NCBI RefSeq assembly: GCF_018336915.1
Contig: NZ_CP064923.1
Location: forward strand, 3,750,001-3,782,000
DNA: 32,000 bases
Direction of reading: 5' to 3'
Source: Acaryochloris marina S15
GTDB taxonomy: Bacteria > Cyanobacteriota > Cyanobacteriia > Thermosynechococcales > Thermosynechococcaceae
Each line of letters opens with the position of its first letter. Position 1 is the first letter of the stretch. The notes beneath the pieces were generated by a model. That model was not told the DNA's origin and made no database searches. It saw nothing but the letters and a program-made list of their open reading frames with translations. This document shows positions 17,242-26,224 of this stretch, piece by piece. The translations under genes were made by a program, and so were the position numbers.

Positions 17242-17982
17242 CTACAAGATTTGTGACAAGAAAAGTTTGGTTCGTTCTTCTTTGGGATTTTGAAAAAATT
17301 GCTCTGGAGCAGCTTCTTCAACGACAGTACCTTGGTCCATCAGCAGAATACGGTTTGCTACTTCTCTGGCAAACCCAACTTCATGGGTAACCACGACCAT
17401 AGTCATACCTGATTCAGCTAACGATTGCATGACGACTAACACTTCTTTTACCATCTCAGGATCAAGGGCAGAGGTGGGTTCGTCGAACAACATAATCTTG
17501 GGCTGCATGGCGAGAGCCCGTGCGATCGCAACTCGTTGCTGCTGTCCTCCCGACAACTGTCCAGGATATTTATGGGCTTGCTCCAAAATATCGACCTGTT
17601 CCAAAAGCTGCATCGCCACCTCTTCTGCTTTAGTGCGGGGCCAACGTCTCACCCAAATCGGTGCCAAGGTGATATTTTGCAACACCGTCAGATGGGGAAA
17701 TAAATTAAACTGCTGAAACACCATCCCCACTTCCCGGCGAATCGATTCAATATGGCCGAGGTCTGGGGATAGCTCCATGCCATCAATGACAATCTGTCCT
17801 TGCTGATAGTCTTCTAAGGCATTAAGAGTACGAATAAAGGTAGACTTGCCTGACCCTGAGGGTCCCATCAGTACGACTACTTCTTGGCGCTCCACCTTTA
17901 AATCCACGCCCTGTAAGACATGAAAAGCGTCGTACCACTTGTGGACATCTGTGGCCACAATAATCGGATTCATTTCAGTCAT
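17242..17982 (-). CDS. Polar amino-acid ABC transporter ATP-binding protein (BgtA/AapP/GlnQ-like)
   Basis: 246 aa with an ATG start. Walker [11 protein letters not shown]-loop, signature [15 protein letters not shown], Walker [14 protein letters not shown]-loop VVVTHE. Confidence 0.9.
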   Translation of the reverse strand: MTEMNPIIVATDVHKWYDAFHVLQGVDLKVERQEVVVLMGPSGSGKSTFIRTLNALEDYQQGQIVIDGMELSPDLGHIESIRREVGMVFQQFNLFPHLTVLQNITLAPIWVRRWPRTKAEEVAMQLLEQVDILEQAHKYPGQLSGGQQQRVAIARALAMQPKIMLFDEPTSALDPEMVKEVLVVMQSLAESGMTMVVVTHEVGFAREVANRILLMDQGTVVEEAAPEQFFQNPKEERTKLFLSQIL

Positions 17983-18016
17983 TGCAGTTTATCTATCAAC
18001 CGGAATACAACAAGCC

Positions 18017-19219
18017 TCACTTCACACCGAGTTGACGCTCTAAACGCCGACTTCCCAAAGACATCAGATAACAAAATAACCAGTACAGCAAACCAATAAA
18101 TAAATACACTTCTCCATGCCGACCAATAAATCGTGGTTGAGAGAGAACGGACCGTGAAATCCCCGTCAGTTCTACAAGACCAATAATCGATAGTAGTGAA
18201 GTGTCTTTAAACAATCCAATAAATTGCCCAACAATTGTGGGGATGACCGATCGTAAGGCTTGCGGTAACACCACCAAACTTAAAACCAAAACTGGATTGA
18301 GCCCCAACGCTTTGGCTGCTTCCATTTGACCTTGAGGGATCGACTGTAAGCCCCCCCGTACATTCTCTGCCAGATAAGCTGCACTAAAGAGTGTGAGACC
18401 ACAAATTGCCCGCAAGACTGCATCTAACTGTACTTGGCTTGGCAATACCAGTGGTAACATCACCCCGGCAATAAAGAGAACTCCTATTAACGGTAACCCT
18501 CGAATCACTTCGATGTATAAGATACAGAGAGTCCGAATCACAGGTAGGGAACTGCGCCGTCCTAAAGCCAATAGCACACCTATTGGGAATGACAGGGCAA
18601 TACTAACGACTGCCGTCAGCACGGTCAATAACAACCCTTGCCAAACATTAGTTCCGATGGCGCTTAATCCCAACCCTCCCATTAATAGCCATAGGATCAT
18701 AAACACGGTTAGGAACCAAACTGAAGGCAAACCTCTGCTGATCAAGCGAGGAGATAGGTGAGCTTTCAACCACGGTCCCCCCAGTAGGTTGAACAAAGCA
18801 ACACTGCCTATCGCTGCAACCCATATTAGCTCTGGGCGTTGCCCACCCACTAAAGGGGCAACGCTTAAGCCAATTGCAGTCAAAATCCCCACACTGATGG
18901 GTACAGTCCGGTTCCACTGAATGACACCTGCTGTCAGGCTGGTTACTGCGGAAACCAGCAATACAATCAACCATACTCGCCAAATTTGGTCGAGGGGAAA
19001 GCGGCCGACAAAGAACAAGCGTAAGTTGGCTTGCAAAACCGTCCATTGCGCCTGACTAAACATCCACAGAAATAGACCTTGTCCCCCAAGATAAATAATC
19101 CAGAGACTAATCACCGTTAGCAAACAGTTGTACCAAGTGCTGAAGAGGTTGCGGCGCAACCAGATCAATATAGAGGAAGCTGAAGGCGTAATCGGAGATT
19201 TCGGCGGCATTGGACTCAT
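18017..19219 (-). CDS. Amino-acid ABC transporter permease (NatH/AapM-like)
   Basis: About 400 aa and polytopic. EAA-loop QMEAAKALGLNPVLVLSLVVLPQALR, as in the HisM/HisQ family. I prefer ATG 19219 (MSPMPPK..., 4 nt after the upstream stop) over the track's TTG at 19234. Confidence 0.8.
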   Translation of the reverse strand: MSPMPPKSPITPSASSILIWLRRNLFSTWYNCLLTVISLWIIYLGGQGLFLWMFSQAQWTVLQANLRLFFVGRFPLDQIWRVWLIVLLVSAVTSLTAGVIQWNRTVPISVGILTAIGLSVAPLVGGQRPELIWVAAIGSVALFNLLGGPWLKAHLSPRLISRGLPSVWFLTVFMILWLLMGGLGLSAIGTNVWQGLLLTVLTAVVSIALSFPIGVLLALGRRSSLPVIRTLCILYIEVIRGLPLIGVLFIAGVMLPLVLPSQVQLDAVLRAICGLTLFSAAYLAENVRGGLQSIPQGQMEAAKALGLNPVLVLSLVVLPQALRSVIPTIVGQFIGLFKDTSLLSIIGLVELTGISRSVLSQPRFIGRHGEVYLFIGLLYWLFCYLMSLGSRRLERQLGVK

Positions 19220-19223
19220 TGCT

Positions 19224-20393
19224 CTATCGCTCAACCAATTGAATGCTGCGGTTGTAGAGATTCATCAGAATTGAAATCAGTAGACTCATTGTTAAATAGA
19301 TCGCCATTAACAACAGGACAATCTCAACCGAGCGTCCGGTATCTTCTAAGGAGGCAGAGGCGACATAGTAGATATCGGGGTAGCCTACTGCGACGGCTAG
19401 GCTAGAATTTTTCGCCAAGTTCAAATATTGACTGGTTAACGGTGGCACAATCACCCTTAAGGCTTGGGGGAACACCACAAATCGCATGACTAGTGTCGGC
19501 TTTAGCCCTAAAGCTCGTGCCGCTTCTGACTGACCGATGGAAACAGAGCGAATACCTGCTCGCACGATTTCAGCAATAAAGGCTGCCGTATACAAAGTAA
19601 GGCCCAAGAGTAAAGCGGAAAATTCTGATGTGAATTGTAAGCCACCCGTCACCACGAGTTTGTCCACTTGGGGTTGGCTGAGGTCAAACGGTAAGTGCTG
19701 GGTGAACAGGGCGATGCCTCCTGCCAAGCCCATGAGCAATAGTAATGGCCATAACCAGGCAAAGATGATGCGTCCCTGCTCGATTTGTAACCGAGTAAGG
19801 TAGCGCCATAGCAAGAAGGCCAGTACACTGCCGATGCCCAAAGCTATTAGCCAGGTCGAGGTTGATGCATTAGCCCGTAGCCAGGGGAAAGCCACTCCAT
19901 TTTTGCTAAGAATGATTGGTCCCGGAAGTTGAATTCGATTTTCAAAGGTTGGCAGCTTCAAGAAAACAGCCAAATACCAGAACAGTAGCTGTAGCAGTAA
20001 GGGAAAATTCCGCAAGGTTTCCACATACACCGTTGCTAGCTTACGAACTAGCCAGTTATCTGATAGGCGAGCAATCCCCACTCCAATACCAATAATGGTC
20101 GCTAAAAAAATTCCCAGAACAACGACCCGCAGGGTATTGAGAAGGGCTACCCCAAAAGCCAGAGCAATGTTATCCGTCGGTGAATACTCGATTAGAGTTT
20201 CACCAATACTGGGTCCAGATTTAGTGAACAAAAAGTCAAAGCCAAAGGGTAAGCGCAGACGCTGCAGGTTTTGAATGAGATTGGCACCGAAGTAAACAAT
20301 AACCAATCCAATTAGAAGTAGAACCAATGCTTGGAGCATCCCATCCCTCACACGGGGTTGGCGCCATCTTGGTCCCTGGCGAAGCTTGGCCAT
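19224..20393 (-). CDS. Amino-acid ABC transporter permease (NatG/AapQ-like)
   Basis: About 389 aa and polytopic. EAA-loop QSEAARALGLKPTLVMRFVVFPQALR. I prefer ATG 20393 (MAKLRQG...) over the track's TTG at 20408. Confidence 0.8.
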   Translation of the reverse strand: MAKLRQGPRWRQPRVRDGMLQALVLLLIGLVIVYFGANLIQNLQRLRLPFGFDFLFTKSGPSIGETLIEYSPTDNIALAFGVALLNTLRVVVLGIFLATIIGIGVGIARLSDNWLVRKLATVYVETLRNFPLLLQLLFWYLAVFLKLPTFENRIQLPGPIILSKNGVAFPWLRANASTSTWLIALGIGSVLAFLLWRYLTRLQIEQGRIIFAWLWPLLLLMGLAGGIALFTQHLPFDLSQPQVDKLVVTGGLQFTSEFSALLLGLTLYTAAFIAEIVRAGIRSVSIGQSEAARALGLKPTLVMRFVVFPQALRVIVPPLTSQYLNLAKNSSLAVAVGYPDIYYVASASLEDTGRSVEIVLLLMAIYLTMSLLISILMNLYNRSIQLVER

Positions 20394-20448
20394 GAAGTTT
20401 TCCAGCAATTCGTAAGATGACTCTACCAGACACCAGGGGGCATAGAAG

Positions 20449-23157
20449 TTAGTTATTAGAGGAGAGGGGGAAATGTTCCTTCACCCAGGCTTGTGCTTGG
20501 TTAAGATCTCTGAGCTCCCCATCTAAGGTAGCGGCCCAAATAGCTGTCAACATCTCTTTAAACTGTCGACTGGGGCGATACCCTAATTGAATCAAGTCCT
20601 TCCCCGTTAGTAACGGTTTTCGGCCAGACCAATCAGATAGATATTGCCACAGCCATTGACGCCTTCTGACACTACTATGAATCCCTACTAAAATCAGTGT
20701 TGAGATGGGGTGAGGCTCCAATAGGGCTGCAATCTGACTAGGGGATGCCTGGATAGGTTGATTTTCCAACTCTTGCAATACCCCATCCAGGGCCTGAAGT
20801 CTCTGTTGAGTCGGTTCGGGTAAATGCAAATTCGTTGCTACTGAGCAGCGTTCCATTGTGGGTAAGGCGGTCAGCAACACTTCTAGAATCAGCAACCAAA
20901 CCGGGATTTCTGGATGAGCTTGCTCAAATATGTTGTACCAACGAATCGCTAACCGCACTCGCTGCCACCACTGTTTATCTATCTGTAACTGAGGATGTAT
21001 ACATTGCAAAGCACCTAAGTTAGCTAGCAAAGTCAAGGCTCTCACCCAGTGAGATGTTTGAAAAATATACTTCAGTTCGTTCTTGAGGCGAGATTGTAAA
21101 GCTGGTGCTTTATCCTTCTCTGCCTGGACTTGGGTATAGATACCACTTGCGATCGCATGGCGAATATACGCTTCGGTATGCTCTCCAATCTCAAATTCTA
21201 GTCGAGTCGCGAACCGCACCGCCCGAAAGATTCGCGTGGGATCTTCAATAAAGCTATTGGGATGTAAGACCCGAATCTGGCAATCCTGCAAATCCACCAC
21301 CCCCCCGAAAAAATCCAGTAGCTCGCCGCTCGGCTGGGGCTGAAATCCCTGGCGTGTCAATCTAACTGCCAAGGCATTAATCGTAAAATCCCGTCGATAC
21401 AGGTCCTGACGGATAGAGCTGGCTTCCACCTCTGGATTAGCTGCAGGGTAGGGATAAAATTCACTGCGAGCCGTCGCAATATCAACGGAAAATCCGGCTA
21501 ACTCCGATCCAGAGGGCCAAATAAGAGCCGCCGTTTGGAACTGGCCATACACCTGTAATTGAGTTTCAGGATAGGCTTCCTGCAAGGCTTGAGCGAGGGC
21601 AACCCCTGCAGCTTTTGCCGTTGTTTCCACGCCATCGACAACAAGATCGAATTCCTTAACGGTAAAGGGCTGGCTAGGACCCGACAGCAGCAAATCGCGA
21701 ACTGCTCCTCCCACAAGGTAAAGTTGCCAACCTTGAGTAGTAGCAGCATCAGCCGCAGTCGTTAACAGAGTATGCAACGTCGGAGACAGTTGCGACCTCA
21801 GTTGCTCCTGAATGGATGTGCGTACCACTTTTTGATGGGCCGGAAGTACAGGATGCTTGAGCTGATGCAACTGCCGCAGAATATCCGTGCGTGTCACAAT
21901 CCCCACTAGTTGACCCTGTTCCACCACCGGCAACCGACCAATATCATAGGTAACCATCATCAGTTCAATTTCAGGCAGGGAAGTATTCAGATCAATCGTG
22001 CGGACCGGGGCTGTCATATACCCCTTTACTGGTGCATGCCCAAAGCCATGATGGAGGGCGATATCTAGATCCCGCCGAGACAAAATTCCCACTAACTGAT
22101 CCTCGTTATTAACCACCGATAGCCCAGAATGTCCGTATCGCAATAAAATCCGCCGGGCTTGATCGATGGTAGTCGTAGGGCGAATGGTTCTGACTGGGGA
22201 AGACATCAAGTCAGCAGTCATGGGCGGAAAGGGCATCTGCTCAAGCAGCGTTGCCACTAGGTCATCTATCACCGCTTGAGGCATTTCTGTTTTCAACGTT
22301 ACGGCAGCTGCACGGGCATGTCCCCCACCCCCTAGGGGTTGCAATAGCCCATTCAGATCAACCCCCTCGACCCGAGAACGGCCAATCACGCTTAGTTTTT
22401 GGGATTCAGCCTTGCCATAGACATGCCCCAGCAAAAAACTGTCACTATCGTGCAAAAGCATGAGCTGTGAGGTCAGACTGGCTAAGCCGGGCACATAAAT
22501 CTCTGTCTTTAACATCACCCAAGACAAGGAGTTCCCACGTCTAGACTGGGTTTGCGTTAACTCCAAGGCTTGAGCCAGCAGATCTTGTAAATCTGAGGGA
22601 AAAACAGGTTCGGTATACTCTGCGATCGCCCGTTGATTGGCCCCTTGTCCCATCAACCAGGTCAAAGCAGCCGCATCCCGAACCGTCGAACTAGGGTAAG
22701 TGAGAGATCCCGTATCCACATGAATTCCCAAAGCCATTGCCGTCGCCACCGTTACGGGCAGCTCCAGGTGTTTTCGCTGCAGCTCTTCCGCGATCAGAGT
22801 AGTGGCTGCGCCCACCGCTTCAAGAGTCATCTGATCGGTGGCAATATCTCCTGTTGTTGACAGATGGTGATCGTAGATTTTGACTTGAACTTGGGGAAGA
22901 TCAAGCCAGTGTGCAGCGGGCCCCAAAAGCTTACGCCGTTGGGCATCTACGATCGTAATCGAGCGAAGCTGTTCTACATTGACAGCCCGATGCTCAATCA
23001 GGGGAAATTGATCCCGATAGAGCCCCAGAAACTCCCGAACCGTTGGATGGGCTCCACCACACAGAACAATTCGAGTCCCTGGATGCAAATGAGTGATACC
23101 GACAGCAGCTCCCAACGTATCAAAGTCTGCCGTTCGATGACATAAAACAATATCCAT
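20449..23157 (-). CDS. DHH/DHHA1 phosphoesterase - CBS pair - class II nucleotidyltransferase (CCA-adding / poly(A) polymerase family) fusion protein
   Basis: 902 aa with an ATG start. DHH motifs: HRTADFDTLGA, ITIVDAQ, IYDHH, GIHVDTGS; DHHA1 motif GGGGHARAAAV. Two CBS units (MSSPVRTIRP...VGILSRRDL; YMTAPVRTID...VGIVTRTDIL). NTase head motifs LYLVGGAVRDLLL, EFDLVVDG, RRDFTINALA, EDPTRIFRAVRFA. Confidence 0.85.
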   Translation of the reverse strand: MDIVLCHRTADFDTLGAAVGITHLHPGTRIVLCGGAHPTVREFLGLYRDQFPLIEHRAVNVEQLRSITIVDAQRRKLLGPAAHWLDLPQVQVKIYDHHLSTTGDIATDQMTLEAVGAATTLIAEELQRKHLELPVTVATAMALGIHVDTGSLTYPSSTVRDAAALTWLMGQGANQRAIAEYTEPVFPSDLQDLLAQALELTQTQSRRGNSLSWVMLKTEIYVPGLASLTSQLMLLHDSDSFLLGHVYGKAESQKLSVIGRSRVEGVDLNGLLQPLGGGGHARAAAVTLKTEMPQAVIDDLVATLLEQMPFPPMTADLMSSPVRTIRPTTTIDQARRILLRYGHSGLSVVNNEDQLVGILSRRDLDIALHHGFGHAPVKGYMTAPVRTIDLNTSLPEIELMMVTYDIGRLPVVEQGQLVGIVTRTDILRQLHQLKHPVLPAHQKVVRTSIQEQLRSQLSPTLHTLLTTAADAATTQGWQLYLVGGAVRDLLLSGPSQPFTVKEFDLVVDGVETTAKAAGVALAQALQEAYPETQLQVYGQFQTAALIWPSGSELAGFSVDIATARSEFYPYPAANPEVEASSIRQDLYRRDFTINALAVRLTRQGFQPQPSGELLDFFGGVVDLQDCQIRVLHPNSFIEDPTRIFRAVRFATRLEFEIGEHTEAYIRHAIASGIYTQVQAEKDKAPALQSRLKNELKYIFQTSHWVRALTLLANLGALQCIHPQLQIDKQWWQRVRLAIRWYNIFEQAHPEIPVWLLILEVLLTALPTMERCSVATNLHLPEPTQQRLQALDGVLQELENQPIQASPSQIAALLEPHPISTLILVGIHSSVRRRQWLWQYLSDWSGRKPLLTGKDLIQLGYRPSRQFKEMLTAIWAATLDGELRDLNQAQAWVKEHFPLSSNN

Positions 23158-23311
23158 CCAGCCTATTTACATCCCAACGCTTACTGCCCCATCGACTTCA
23201 GTCAAGTAAATCCCCTCTTTTAGGGTATGATTATCTGGCGTAGGCACTATCAAATGCCTAGTTAATTTGCTTATATTTAAACTTCTTTCAGGACTGGATT
23301 GGGAGAGAATC

Positions 23312-23500
23312 ATGTCAGTATTGTTTCAACTTTTAATTGCTGCTTTCGTTGCCTTATCTTTTGCAATGATAATTGGCGTACCTGTGGTTTTCTCTACAGG
23401 TGATGCATCGGACGACGCTAATAAACTCATTTGGGGTGGTGCTGCTGCATGGGTTACTTTGCTATTCGTAGCGGCATTAGCCTCTATCGTTGTTATCTAG
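23312..23500 (+). CDS. psbZ: Photosystem II protein PsbZ (Ycf9)
   Basis: 62 aa from ATG 23312, with GGGAGAG 4 nt upstream. MSVLFQLLIAAFVALSFAMIIGVPVVF...two-TM layout matches PsbZ. The track's TTG start at 23267 adds 15 non-homologous residues. Confidence 0.85.
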   Translation: MSVLFQLLIAAFVALSFAMIIGVPVVFSTGDASDDANKLIWGGAAAWVTLLFVAALASIVVI

Positions 23501-23622
23501 GTTCCTTCCTAAATCATGAACCTTGAGCATTTATGTTTCAAGCATCAAGCTCAAATGTTCTAGGAATCGCTTTTGTATTCTGATCTGTGTCTTTAAATTG
23601 ATAAAGGTTAAGGCAAACTGGA

Positions 23623-24216
23623 ATGGCTGTCTTTGAAGGCAAATTTACGCATTCGGCATCCTTCCGGTTTGCTATTGTTATTGGACGTTTTAATGACCTG
23701 GTGACCAGCAAACTGCTGGCAGGTTGCCAAGACTGTCTACATCGTCATGGCGTTGACACCAATGAAGCTGGGACTCAGGTTGACTATATTTGGGTGCCAG
23801 GAGGCTTTGAGATTCCCCTAGTTGCTCGACAGCTGGCCTTATCTCACTGCTACGATGCTGTCATTTGCTTAGGGGCAGTCATCCGTGGTCACACCCCTCA
23901 TTTTGATTATGTTGCGGGTGAAGTTTCCAAAGGGATAGCGGCGACGAGTTTACAAACGGGTGTTCCAGTCATTTTTGGCATTCTGACCGTAGATAGTATG
24001 CAACAGGCCCTTGAACGGGCAGGCATAAAAAGCAACAAAGGCTGGGATTTTGCCATGAATGCCTTAGAAATGGCTAGCCTAATGCATCAGCTCCGACCAC
24101 AGCTAGCTGTAACGGATGCTAATAATCAAAGTCTAGGCGAAACAGCCGTATTACCTCCAGGCGTAAGCAACGCCCAAGCCTCTAATGCTTTGAAGTCTGA
24201 ATCCAATAATTCCTAA
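23623..24216 (+). CDS. ribH: 6,7-dimethyl-8-ribityllumazine synthase with a ~40-aa C-terminal extension
   Basis: [59 protein letters not shown] and [10 protein letters not shown] are canonical RibH motifs. Confidence 0.9.
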   Translation: MAVFEGKFTHSASFRFAIVIGRFNDLVTSKLLAGCQDCLHRHGVDTNEAGTQVDYIWVPGGFEIPLVARQLALSHCYDAVICLGAVIRGHTPHFDYVAGEVSKGIAATSLQTGVPVIFGILTVDSMQQALERAGIKSNKGWDFAMNALEMASLMHQLRPQLAVTDANNQSLGETAVLPPGVSNAQASNALKSESNNS

Positions 24217-24270
24217 TTTATTGACAGACCCGGCTACATTTGAGAAGCTAGGTAAGCAAGAGTTTTATTT

Positions 24271-24342
24271 GCGGGTATAGCTCAGTGGTAGAGCGTCACC
24301 TTGCCAAGGTGAATGTCGCGCGTTCGAATCGCGTTACCCGCT
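24271..24342 (+). tRNA. trnG: tRNA-Gly, anticodon GCC
   Basis: Hand-folded cloverleaf. Acceptor GCGGGTA/TACCCGC, D arm GCTC-AGTGGTA-GAGC, anticodon arm TCACC-TTGCCAA-GGTGA, variable loop ATGTC, T arm GCGCG-TTCGAAT-CGCGT, discriminator T. CCA is not encoded; a T run follows. Confidence 0.9.
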
Positions 24343-24530
24343 TTTTTAAAGTCAATTCTCTTCCCATAAACTTCAGGTAGAATGGGGGAATCTTCGCTAA
24401 CCATTTTCATCTGTTGTTGCAAAAGGTGAAAATATTGATTCCGTCTCTCCCCCTAAAGTTGGAGCAATGATTCTGGATCATCGATACCTCCATATTGCAG
24501 GCTAGATCATCTGAAGGAACCTGTTAGTTC

Positions 24531-24935
24531 GTGCCTTCCACGAAAGTCAACAAAATAGACATAAGTAGTCCTTATCCATGTCCCTGTCGACGGCATGGTC
24601 ACCTTAGCCCCATCATTCTCACAGAGGCCCTCGGGTGTGAGCAATGTCATCGTGTTTTTGTTGTGAAACCTGATGGGTATACGATTGAACAGTGTTCAGA
24701 CTACCCCCATCAAAGTTGGTATTGGACTGGGCGTCGGTGGCAACCCTCCCGAAAAAGGAAACCCCTATTTTATTTGCGGTTACTTCTATTCTGGCTACTG
24801 GTCATGGGCATAATTGTATTAGTCCTATTCCCAACGCTTCTTCCCTTGTCTTTCAAGAGGGAGTTTCGGTTCGGCCTTGCTGTATTCATGGCAGTCCCCA
24901 CTCTTCACCTCGGTTCATATCTTTATCGACGTTAA
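24531..24935 (+). CDS. Hypothetical protein: N-terminal Cys-rich (zinc-ribbon-like) segment plus C-terminal TM helices
   Basis: 134 aa with a GTG start (GAAGGA 12 nt upstream). CPC-x...-CEQC pattern (PYPCPCRRHGH...LGCEQCHRVF), then LLLFWLLVMGIIVLVLFPTLL and FGLAVFMAVPTL. It ends about 16 nt before the preferred ATG of the ProA-like gene. Confidence 0.5.
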   Translation: MPSTKVNKIDISSPYPCPCRRHGHLSPIILTEALGCEQCHRVFVVKPDGYTIEQCSDYPHQSWYWTGRRWQPSRKRKPLFYLRLLLFWLLVMGIIVLVLFPTLLPLSFKREFRFGLAVFMAVPTLHLGSYLYRR

Positions 24936-24951
24936 TTGATGTTTTTTGCCT

Positions 24952-26202
24952 ATGGATGCTGCTCAAAGATTTGACCTGAACACAACAGTGCATCAGGCTC
25001 ACATTGCCTCGCAGAAACTAGCACTTCTGCCACATCCAAAGCGTAATGAATTGCTGCGTTGTTTGACTCGAATCCTGCAAGATCGCCAGGATGATTTGTT
25101 AGAAGCAAACACCATAGATTTAGAAGTCAGTCGTGACCTAGCCATTCCCGCCCTAGTTTTGAACTGGCTAAAGCTAGCTCCAGAACGTCTGCAAACCTTG
25201 GGGCTGATGTTGAGCCATTTGGCAACAACAACTGACCCGTTGGCTATGACCGCCTTTCCCCAATCCACCTTTATGGTGGCTCCAGGCTATGCCAAATTAC
25301 AACCCCGTGGCGTCATTGCCTTTATTTATGAGGCGTTTCCAGACTTAGCGTTGTTGCTAGCCGGTATGTGCTGGAAAACGGGCAATGCCTTATTGCTGAA
25401 GGGAGGAACTGAAACTAAGCATTCTAACCAGGTTGTCACCGAACTACTCCATGCTGCCTTGACAGCAGCTGATTTACCCTTAACTTGTGTGCAATCTATC
25501 CCTTGCGATCGCAACATTTCAATCTCCGATCTCGTTTCCCGAGACCTGCCCATCGATCTTGTAGTGCCTTACGGTCGCCCCAGCTTGGTCCAACAGGTTG
25601 TGCATCAGTCTACCGTACCCACTTTGCAGTCTGCCATGGGTAACTGCTATCTTTTTTGGTCTGACTCGGGCAGTACAGACTTGACCCGCTCCATGATTAT
25701 CAATAGCCATCAAGGCAGTCCAGATGCGGTCAATGCCATTGAAAAAGTCTTACTGACCCCTAACATTAAACAGTCTCGACTCACGCTCCTATGGAGTACG
25801 CTCAAGGATAAAGGGTTTGAGCTACGGGGAGATGCCACCCTGGCAGCTGAGTTCCCAGAGTTAATCCTGGCCACTAGGGAAGAGTGGCAGCAGCCTTATC
25901 TCCAAAAAATTGTGGCTTTTCGCGTCGTTGATGATTTAGCCGATGCCCTCAACTGGATCAACCGCCATAGCAGTCATCACGCTGATTGCTTAGTCACTGA
26001 TTCTTATCAGGACAGTCAACAATTTATCCAAGGTGTTCGCAGTTCTCAAGTATTTATCAACACCAGCCCTCAATTTTTGAGACAATCCAGTGGGCCCGGA
26101 GGATCTCTCGCAATCGGAATGAGTTCCGCCAAAAGCCTTTCTCCTGGGGTGATTAGCCTTGAAACCTTAATGACTTCCAAGCAAATTATTCAAACCTCGT
26201 GA
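24952..26202 (+). CDS. Gamma-glutamyl phosphate reductase (ProA)-like protein, divergent paralog apparently lacking the catalytic Cys
   Basis: Colinear with ProA: GVIAFIYEAFPDLALLLAGMCWKTGNALLLKGGTET; HSSHHADCLVTDSYQDSQQFIQGVRSSQVFINTSPQF; SLETLMTSKQII. At the position of the ProA CNA(x)ETLLV motif the sequence reads VNAIEKVLL. ATG 24952 is preferred over the track's TTG at 24946. Confidence 0.75.
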   Translation: MDAAQRFDLNTTVHQAHIASQKLALLPHPKRNELLRCLTRILQDRQDDLLEANTIDLEVSRDLAIPALVLNWLKLAPERLQTLGLMLSHLATTTDPLAMTAFPQSTFMVAPGYAKLQPRGVIAFIYEAFPDLALLLAGMCWKTGNALLLKGGTETKHSNQVVTELLHAALTAADLPLTCVQSIPCDRNISISDLVSRDLPIDLVVPYGRPSLVQQVVHQSTVPTLQSAMGNCYLFWSDSGSTDLTRSMIINSHQGSPDAVNAIEKVLLTPNIKQSRLTLLWSTLKDKGFELRGDATLAAEFPELILATREEWQQPYLQKIVAFRVVDDLADALNWINRHSSHHADCLVTDSYQDSQQFIQGVRSSQVFINTSPQFLRQSSGPGGSLAIGMSSAKSLSPGVISLETLMTSKQIIQTS

Positions 26203-26224
26203 CGAAACCTTATTCAAGGATCCA

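Noticed and set aside
23501-23622. A possible FMN riboswitch upstream of ribH.
   Set aside because: The spacer is only 122 nt, and I could not find the conserved FMN-element core sequences or the multi-stem architecture. It looks like a plain intergenic region.
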